This document shows, in pieces, positions 55,401-64,000 of a DNA stretch of 64,000 nt (position 1 is the stretch's first letter; each line of letters opens with the position of its first letter). The notes under the pieces were generated by a model. It was not told the origin of the DNA, did not search any database, and was given only the letters and a program-made list of their open reading frames with translations. The position numbers and the translations under genes are program-made. This DNA comes from Obrimoposthia wandeli (Eukaryota). Location: NCBI GenBank assembly GCA_977020255.1, contig CDROCS010000562.1:310001-374000 (forward strand). Direction: 5' to 3'.

Positions 55401-58400
55401 CTTTTAGTGCTTTGTTTGCATACACAATGAGACGATTGTGTAATTGTTGTTTTTTAAAAGAATGTGGATCAATTGATGATTGTGATTAAAAGAATAACCA
55501 TCTGAAGTCAAAGATCAAAATATGGCGTGATGCAATGTCAAAATATAACTTTCCTCACGATTGTTCATGGAGTCTCACTTGGAATTTGTTAGAATATAAG
55601 TTTTCTGAGATAAAATGAGGTTTAATTGGAAATCTGATAACTATCATTTTGTAACTTGTCAAGCACTAAGAAAAATTAAAATTTTCCGCATACTGTCGCA
55701 TACGAATACCGCCATGTGTTGCACTTGTCATGTTGTTTCTCAGTTAAGATATTTTAATTCAAATGTGTTAGGGTGTCATAAAACCATTCTTTTAGAGAAT
55801 AAATTTGATGTTTTGTTTATTTTGATAGGATGTTCAATGATCAGTACCAAACTTGTTTTATATTAAATTATTTTAATTAGATAATTATTTAAACTTTGAG
55901 TTTGAAGAATATTGAATATTTTAGATATAATTATTTTAAAATGTAACTTTAATATATTTATTTTCATTTATATGTTATTCACCAACTGATAGTACACGTG
56001 GATTAAAATTAGATAATATGATAAATTCCAGTATTTATGAAGAGAGAAAATTTTAAACTAGAGTGCGCGAAAGTGAAACAAGAACTAGTTAATATACGAG
56101 CCAGTTAATTGAAAGTGATTTGTGGTAAATTGTGGAAAATAATGAATCTTTTTGGAAATGAATTATACGCAAAGAAAGTCTTTTTGCTGAAAGACTAAAG
56201 TGAGTTAAGCAATATATTCGCTTAATTGCAAAGTAATTTCTGGAAACAATTGAGTGGTGAAGCACCAACAATCAGTATAAAAAAATTCACCGAAAAAGAG
56301 AAAACAATTCAAAGACGACGTAAAATAAGTTATTCCGAGCAAGTTAATTAAATCAAGGAAAAAGAAGTCGCAGATAGTCTAATCCACGCAAGGAAGAACT
56401 GGGAACCATGAGATGCACAGCTAGATGACAACAGGCAGAAAGCGATGATCTGCTCCCAACATACACCTGCACTGATCACTCCGAATTCATAAAACCACAA
56501 ACCATATTGCCATAAATGAGTAATAACCATTTAAAGGAATAATTAACTTAAACTTCGACCATTGCTACATCATAATTTGAAAATCCTGCAGTAGAGTCAT
56601 CATGCAGTTTTACTGATTGTGACCTAATTATTATCTGGATTTAGTTAAAACAAGATTCGTTAATACAGGGAGGGTATAAGTGGGAATAACATCATTAGTA
56701 GGGGAATTGAGATTGGGCTTAACACAATGCGAATCAGCTTGAAATCCGCCCGGATTTCTTAGTCTAGACTATTTTAAAGACTCATCTAAGAAACCCCAAC
56801 AAAACTATCAAAACTTAATATTTTACTGTTTATCCTAATCGAATACTAACCCCACAAACTAGCCAGAAAATTTGAAAATGTGCACGTGATCTCCTTAGAT
56901 TTCTTTCTTGAAGAGTCTATACCTTCTAAGATTAAGGAAATTGATTTTTTAACTTTCCCATTAAAAGTAAACAACTCAAAAATGCAAACCACCAGATGCT
57001 ATCCCAGAAGTCAATGGAAGAACGAAAGAGAAGACAGAGTAAAGGAAACGAGACAGGTGTCTAGACAATATTGATAGTTAAGCATTTCGTAGAGTTATTT
57101 ATGGAACAGTCACATTGGTGAAGGTGCCAGTGTCTCTCCACCTGATGCAGCCAGTCAGTGTTCCGATTAACATACTCAGGGGAAAAGGGTTAGGTCGTTG
57201 TGACCATGATTCGCCTTGCCATGTCTTCTAATTAATCTGCATCTATAATCTGGAGTCGTTGAATGTCTTGCTGAATAAAGTTATTTCATCTTCTTGGCTC
57301 TGTGAATAACTTGAATTTGACCCAAAGCGCAGTTTCCATCTATGTACAGATAATGGTTTTTATACACAACTCACCAAGGGTGTCGAACCCGTGAAGTATC
57401 TCGTGACCAATCACAGCACCGATTGCGGCATACTTAGTGCTGATTGGCAGACCGATTTCGTACATGGGAAACTGCAAGATCGATGCTGGGAAAACGATCT
57501 CGTTGTCGAGGGGATTGTAGTACGCATTTACCGTATGGGGATGCATCATCCACCTGTAATTTCCGACGTTGTTGAAATAGTACTTTTATTAAAAATATAA
57601 TTTCAAGCCCAATTTTAATTACCCTCCCAATATATATATATATATATAATCTTGATATTTTATATTGCAGCTAAGCTGTGCATTCGACCAATTTCACAAC
57701 ACGACTAAATGGATGCGCTTGTTATTGGCCAGTAGACAATTGTTGTATCTGTAATGTAATTGCAAAGTGTCAAAAGTTATGTTGTGATTGTGAAAAACGT
57801 CAAAAGAGCCTTCGTCAGTCAGAAAGAGTGGCTACATTGAGATCAAATTGAATTAAAACAGTTAAAATTAGATAATCTTAATAATAATTTTATTCCATGT
57901 AACTGACTAATGACACAACTAACCCTGAATGAGACTGCTTTTGAAATACCTAAATTTTAATTATTTAAATATGTTAACCCCTATTTTGAGTCAAATTCTA
58001 AAAATCAAACAATATATTTGGGCCGTGTTTGGTAAGAACTGGCAATGTGGGATGACCCAGACATCCAGACATCCGCAACAGGTCTCCTAGGCGAGCAGCA
58101 TGTAGTTGAAGTACAATATAGAAGGGAAGCTAAGCCGGACAAATATTCTCGTCCCACATCGCCACATCCCTGAAGAAACCTCCCAACCGTCAAATCATAA
58201 AGGTTCACTTACAAGTCTTTGGGAATCTTCTGTCCTACGTTATGGAGATCCTTGGGAAATGTCAGGAACTGATAGGCTACAGTGTTGTCCAAAAACGCCT
58301 TTGGATCAACTTTGAACTGAAAAAATAAGTTCGTTACGGAATCAAGCTTCTGCAAAGTACAGAAGTTAATAATGAAATAATGTTTATATTTAATTTTTAG

Positions 58401-61400
58401 AAATTTTTATATTTTGGATAATTTTTGAATCACCTCATTTCTCTACTTAAGTAATTTATTTTGAAATTTAAGCTTTACCTTTAGTAGATCATTAATACAT
58501 GTTTTCATTCAGTTTTGTTATTACTTATTATTTTATAAAATGTTTAAGTATTTTTTTAACAATTTACATTATTTTCCACACATGACCTTGACATTTATTT
58601 ATTACATCTACAATTTTCATTAATTTTGGAATTAAAATTTTACAGTTCATGTTTGTTTTGTTTTATGACTGTTTATTAGTAGTTTATTAGCCTCCCTCGT
58701 GGGCTAGTTCTTTGTTGTGCCACGTGTACGCTGATTGCTACTGCAAGAGTTGTAGATATCATAAACTTGTAGAGATGTGCAACAAAGTCGCCACATTTAC
58801 CAAGAGTATTCATGAACTTGTAGAAATGAGCCCAGTGCATCACTTTTACCAAGAGTATTCATTTTCTTTCTCATTTTGATTTTGAAAACTTTCTTTAATC
58901 AAATTTTACACTTATTTCAAATAAATAGACCAAATTTCAATTTGAGTTTATTCAAACCAATTAAAATTCAAAGTTTTCACGAAACTAATTAAAATAAATT
59001 CAATAAAAATCAAATTTTATGTTGATTTCAAAGAAATTTCTCACATTTCGATTGAAACAAATTCAGTCACATTATTTCGCTGACATGTCAACCTTCTTCA
59101 ACGGTTCACCACTCCACTCTAAGTTTGCAAATGGATTTTGTTTATAGTCAATAAAATAAGAGTCAATAGACTAAGATAAAAAGGGAAAACATTAATATTT
59201 ATTAATAGTCCTTTGGTAAATTTTGAAATTGGTTTTAAGTATCTATTATGTTTTGTTCTGAATCTTTGCGTCATGATGAATATGATCCATTTTCATTTTT
59301 CCTATCATTGCCAACTTTCTAATAGTCCCCATACCATTATGGAATTATAAGGAATCCTTTATCCAATCTGCTATAATTTTTTATTAAATACATATCCCAT
59401 CCACAGTAATAATAAGGAGCTTCACATTGCAGTTTCTTCAATTTGATAGCATCATGTTTATTTTCAAATCTACTTTAAGTTTCCCAGGGTGTTTGCAAAA
59501 TATTTAACCATCATTCAGAATTTTTGTATATATAATACATTTTCATTCTGATTTTAAATTTACATATTTTCGATGACAAAAAAACTTTTAATTTCCAAAA
59601 ATATTTTTATTTGGAAATTTATGAAATTTAATGGTTGAAAATCACACAAATGTTTGGCCTTTTGCCTCAGGACCGTGTGAGTTTAAATTGTGTAGTCCAA
59701 ATTTCGGAAAATTTATGAAAGAGAATTTTCAAAACATATTCATTGATTCATAAAAGTTAAACAAGCAGCAAGTGACATACACCACTAAAATATTTGATAA
59801 AAAACATCAAAAAGTGCTCAAATCGAGAGATTTAGTGAACCTTTTTTGCAATACCAAACTGCAGTAAAATCAATTTTTTATATCACCATAAAGGTTTACT
59901 TAATCCAAACACTTCTCTTTATGAATGTTGAAGTTTCAATTGTGTGTATTTAGGATTTGTCTGGTTTAATCCATCACAATTTTGCCGCCCCCGAGGAGAG
60001 GCAAACCTTTGTCCTTCAAAACCATGCATCTAAAACAGTATATAATTAAGCCACAAGTTTGAAAGCCTAGGGGACTCTCGAAAAGATCTCAGAATGTTAG
60101 AGGACTTGGAAATCGCATATGGTTTTAGTCTGATACAGTGCCATGAAGAGTAGAAGAAAACCTATCTGAAATTTCAGACGCTATTCTAATCTAAACGAAA
60201 GGCTTTACAGTCTATGACAACCAGAATACTGCTCTTTTGCGGTTGGTAAGTCTGTATATGTTTCAGTTTGAAAATCTTCTAGAGATACACAGCTTTTTAA
60301 ACAGAAGCACGAAATTTCACTTCATACTCAAATGCATGGTTTGGAAGTTTAGCCTACCCCGAAGGGAAATGGGGTGACTTGGATAGGATATATCTATCTT
60401 ATTAGTTAACTGCAAAAACATACCTTTACGAAATCTTGCACCAATTTTGTTTCGTTGAGAATGGAGTCAGGATATCCGATTTTGTAGCTCATCGAAGATA
60501 GCTGCAAGGATCAACATACTTGTTATCTAATATGACTTTATTTATTAATATAGAAATCTTAATTTGGATCGAATGGATTCCAAATGTTTTTAATATGAAC
60601 TTTTATCATAAACTTTATTCCTATAAACAATATATCTACCGTCGTATGGCAGAACGCCGTATCTTCAATTTTACAACTATGAGTTAGATAAAAATTGACT
60701 TCAAATAATCGTTTGTACATGTAATATATAATTTCCACATCTTTATCTTATTCATAACCAAACAAAATTGTCGAATCTCTACATGTCAACTCATGCATTA
60801 ATTCGTGTTTTTTGTTATTTATCAACATTTTCAATTTTGAAGATACGACATATCTTTTCCATAATGCGGTAGATATATATATATATGATATTTGGTACCT
60901 TCTTTAAAGCCTCTCCGCGCGTGGCGTTGTCCATCCAATTGAGTTTCTTCAGCTGTTTATGGAACGCCTTCTTTACTTGCTTCACAAGACGTTCAATCTG
61001 AATATGAAGATCACATCACACCACCGAATAAACTCGCTCTTTTTACCATTTCCCCTTTATTGGAGATTAGTAAACTTAACATTTTGTTTGAAATTAATAC
61101 TTCAATGACCATATTAACATTAAAATGTTGCAACTTTTCTGAATTTATCCAGTTAGATTTCCATTGGCTTAATATTAAATTTATTCAGTTTTGCATAATT
61201 ATTTTACAATCAAATAAGCCTAAATTAAAAATTTAGTTTGTTATCACAATTACATCAGATTTTCAGGGTTAAAGATTTGAATTTATATTCCACTTAATTG
61301 AAATGAACAAACCAAACAAGTGCAGATATTTATTAAATAATTTAAAATTAACTTCTCTTAAATTCCAATAGCGGCTAAAATATTTTCTTATAAATTTTAA

Positions 61401-63033
61401 ATCGATTTGTGATTATCAGTTGAGAAGCTTTTATATCACAAATATGTCGTGTGAAAAATGTAACTTAACAAATAGACCTTTCTTATAATAAAATTACTTC
61501 TTCAAGCAGTACAACAAATGTACGCTGAATTATTTCCCATGACATTATCCATATGCAATTTTATTGTTTCTTAATCGTAATGGGAAAAAGTACTCACATC
61601 CTTCTTCTGAGAAGCGTGGAAGCTCTCCTTGACGTACATGTTGCCAACAATGGTGCCCAACAGATTTGATGTAACGTCTGTACATGTCTTCCATAACTTC
61701 TTTCGTCCTACTACGCCTACAAGCAAACATCGTCGGTTTATTGTCAAAAGTACATTAATCCTCGAATAAACAAACCCTTCACTCTTTGAAAAGACAAAAA
61801 CAATTGTGATATAGAAAAACAATGTTACATGTATAAAACTACAAGAAAATCATGTCCGGTTGTGTCATGAAGGCCTCTTTTACTAAAAGTAAATATTAGA
61901 AATACCACTTTTTTCTTTGTATTCAAGTTATGATGATAGGACAACAATATTCCTGAATTGATATGTTGAGTAAACGGTTTTTTATAATACAGATACTTAT
62001 TTTGTTTTATATGTTGAATTGTAAATGTTGTTATTAAATTATAAAATACAAGGAGTTTTCTGCAAATTATTTCAACTCAAAACAATAATTGAATGTTACA
62101 GTCTGTTATCGGACCCATTTCGACCTTCTATTGACTAATTTCCCGTGTAATACAACACAAATAAATCCATAAGAATTTTAATGTGGTAAGCAAAGTATAA
62201 TTCCCATATTTACCTTGCCTAATTTATTGCTAAGGAATGTCCACAAAATGATAAAGTAGAACTTAATTACGAACATTTTTCGACATGGGTGTAGGATGCA
62301 CTGCAATTACGTAAGGTTTTTTCATTATTACCATTTCAACAGATTCCCAATTCAGAGATAAGCACAGGCGACCTTATGCTGTCCCCTACCTCAATTTGGT
62401 ATTGAAAAACATTAAAAGGTTTAGCACAACTATTGCACAATTCATTTGAGGTCCGTTACAAAATTGTTTCACTGAGATGATCAGAAAAAACCCCAACTTC
62501 CTTGTAAATAGGTAAAAACGTAAATTGTGATTCATTAAAAGCATTTTTAGAATATCCTCAAAATCGCATAATTTAAAACTTAGTTTCACATAGATTTTTC
62601 CTAAATTAGCAGTATAAATTATATTAGAAAATCAATTTTTAAAAAAGAAAAGTTTGGTAATCTTAAGTTGACCTTGTTTACCATTAGAAGGAAAACCTAC
62701 CATACAGAACTGCACTCAATTCTTCTTTAGCTCTTATCATCTTCTCTGATCCGTAAGGTACCAACGCATTAATCATTGCCCATTCAATATCGAATTCCAG
62801 CACCCTGCGGTATAATTTATAGTTAACAATGTACTACTTACCTTTATGAGTAGACAAATACAATATATTAAAAAGAAAACTGACTTTGATTTGGTGGGAT
62901 CCGACTTGTACTCCTTGAGAATCACACATATGTTGTCGATGTACGGCTTTGAGTAGACCAAGAGACTGGATGAGGCATTGAACGAATGTCCACTGCCATT
63001 CAGAGCACCGTTGATGAAGGTCATCCAATTGAT
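46301..63033 (-). CDS. M13-family (neprilysin/ECE-like) zinc metallopeptidase, 3' portion (12 coding exons identified; 5' exons not identified, probably beyond the window)
   Basis: Phase-consistent GT-AG exons give INWMTF..., WKTC...VGNMYV, WMD, IGYPD, VNAYY, HEILH, GEDIAD, PEQLFF, VFC..DVH..YR, C..F stop. Confidence 0.95.
46522..49385 (+). mobile_element. Tigger/pogo DNA transposon (~2.9 kb, frameshifted transposase) in the last M13 intron
   Basis: 19-bp TIR core aattctctttttacacggt at 46527 and inverted at ~49362-49380; HTH KKRKLVFLETKIKILDRL; DDE FWKKMPSRT, LLVIDNAPGH, LQPLDQGII. Confidence 0.9.
49824..49900 (-). CDS. M13 peptidase exon
   Basis: VFCSIHTKESILSLIQDDVHTIGKY(R); AG/GT flanks. 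Confidence 0.9.
50341..51310 (+). mobile_element. Tc1/mariner transposase relic with N-terminal HTH (DUF4817-like)
   Basis: LITNFECHG.IAD..FGRG, LQQDGARPHT, NFFIWGYVQK, RRLEYC..YGRHFENL; many stops. Confidence 0.75.
52200..53210 (-). mobile_element. Chapaev3-like DNA transposase relic
   Basis: Minus strand: IYVDLKMG.FLLGQQG, NPLVDRKNVIFPLMQIKLGLMKQF, MQNFLG. Family name assigned from recalled motif (PLHIKLGLMKQFVKAL). Confidence 0.6.
54078..54170 (-). CDS. M13 peptidase exon
   Basis: AAMAQMKNREADMIEGLNYTPEQLFFLKYAR; ccag/gtaagt. Confidence 0.92.
54362..54427 (-). CDS. M13 peptidase exon (third zinc ligand)
   Basis: LKSTQTIGEDIADNAGMKMAFK. Confidence 0.92.
54759..54883 (-). CDS. M13 peptidase exon
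   Basis: (G)SQYDSDGMLRDWWTKETRSAYKQKANCIIKQYGNYSIFNTK. Confidence 0.93.
57375..57553 (-). CDS. M13 peptidase exon (NAYY and HExxH)
   Basis: WMMHPHTVNAYYNPLDNEIVFPASILQFP...IGHEILHGFDTL(G); acag/gtgagt. Confidence 0.97.
58213..58316 (-). CDS. M13 peptidase exon
   Basis: FKVDPKAFLDNTVAYQFLTFPKDLHNVGQKIPKD(L); ttcag/gtaagt. Confidence 0.88.
60424..60501 (-). CDS. M13 peptidase exon
   Basis: LSSMSYKIGYPDSILNETKLVQDFVK. Confidence 0.9.
60899..60997 (-). CDS. M13 peptidase exon
   Basis: IERLVKQVKKAFHKQLKKLNWMDNATRGEALKK. Confidence 0.92.
61598..61716 (-). CDS. M13 peptidase exon
   Basis: (G)VVGRKKLWKTCTDVTSNLLGTIVGNMYVKESFHASQKKD. Confidence 0.9.
62701..62804 (-). CDS. M13 peptidase exon
   Basis: VLEFDIEWAMINALVPYGSEKMIRAKEELSAVLY(G). 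Confidence 0.85.
62885..63033 (-). CDS. M13 peptidase exon (most 5' exon identified)
   Basis: INWMTFINGALNGSGHSFNASSSLLVYSKPYIDNICVILKEYKSDPTKS(K). Confidence 0.85.
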
Positions 63034-64000
63034 CTGCGGTCATGAGTACGATCATGTTGATTGACTAATATAAGTATAATTTACTATAAATAATTTCGCA
63101 GAATAATTTTCAAATAAATCTTACTTTTCAACGTAAATGTTTGCTGGGTATACATCATTTTTTCATTAATTCTCACAAATAAAATATTTCTAGCGATTGG
63201 AGTTGAGATAGACTTCTTGCAGAGACAAAATGAACTATTTTTTACCTGTACCCGCTTTTGGGTAAGGAGTGCTGAAATAGTCTCATCAGCTTCAATCTAT
63301 AACGGGATTACCTATTCGGGATGTAACCACTAAGATATTCGAGTTCTTCGTAGTTCTGAGAAAAGGCCCATACAGACAAGAGTCTTCTGATTTTTGCTAT
63401 AATTAAATATATTTCTCAATGATGAACTGACTGTAGTACTCCTTCCCTCATTCTTCAACATCAGTTTGAATATCTATCTGACTATATGCAGTTTAGACAC
63501 ATCTATTCAGCTCCCTTGTCGAATATCCTCACTTCAGTATATATCCGTCACATTCCTTTCTTTCCTCAAAATACGATTAACTGTACTGAGCCTGCTTCAA
63601 CCAAATAAGATGTGTGAAAACACATTTTTAGATATTTCTTATCGTGTAAAGTAATTTAAGCGTGTTTAATTTCCAAGATACAGATAAAAATTCTTTTTGA
63701 AATTTCAATTTGTATTCTCTACTGCATGCCAGTCCAACCTTTCTTCGTTAGTGGTTTCCTTAGCCAATTCAGGGTCCCAAGAAAATGTTTATCATCAATT
63801 GGTTTTACTTCAATTGAAATGCATCAACAATATCAGATCTTCACATTAGCTTTCAATGTATAGATGGTTAGAATAGGTTTGAAAATTGCCTTTAGTTTAA
63901 TTGCCCACTAATTTCCGCCATTTCAGGGATATTATGGAAATGTTTCATCTTTAAGTTTCTTTTATGAACCAATGTTTTCATGGCCTGATTATAATCAATC

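Noticed and set aside
63240-63360. Possible further upstream M13 exon(s)
   Set aside because: Splice-like sites exist but the translations do not resemble M13 sequence, and one implied intron would be only 15 nt.

Overview
AT-rich eukaryotic (invertebrate-like) genomic DNA; no rRNA, tRNA or CRISPR array is supportable. About 1-20.9 kb is the internal region and probable 3' LTR of a giant, nearly intact Ty3/Gypsy-type LTR retroelement (+ strand; its 5' LTR lies upstream of the window). Its four large ORFs all lie in one reading frame (495-16928), separated only by single stop codons. ORF1 is Gag with a C-terminal ubiquitin/SUMO-like domain. ORF2 carries an AT-hook, a Bcl-2-like domain, a chuvirus-type envelope glycoprotein and protease 1. 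ORF3 carries an IAP (BIR-BIR-RING), protease 2, RT, RNase H and integrase. ORF4 carries three IPT/TIG-like repeats, an active plus a dead dual-specificity phosphatase, and several membrane modules. Three small RING-H2 genes follow, each behind a splice-acceptor-like site. Together this looks like an enveloped retroelement carrying an anti-apoptosis and signalling-suppression kit of the kind known from large DNA viruses; the domain calls are motif recognition by eye, not database hits. The rest of the window is host DNA: a single-ORF somatomedin-B-like/family-B 7TM GPCR (23.4-25.0 kb), the last 12 coding exons of an M13 (neprilysin-like) metallopeptidase on the minus strand (46.3-63.0 kb), and many DNA-transposon relics (mariner/Tc1, pogo/Tigger, hAT, piggyBac, Chapaev3-like), MITEs and tandem repeats.
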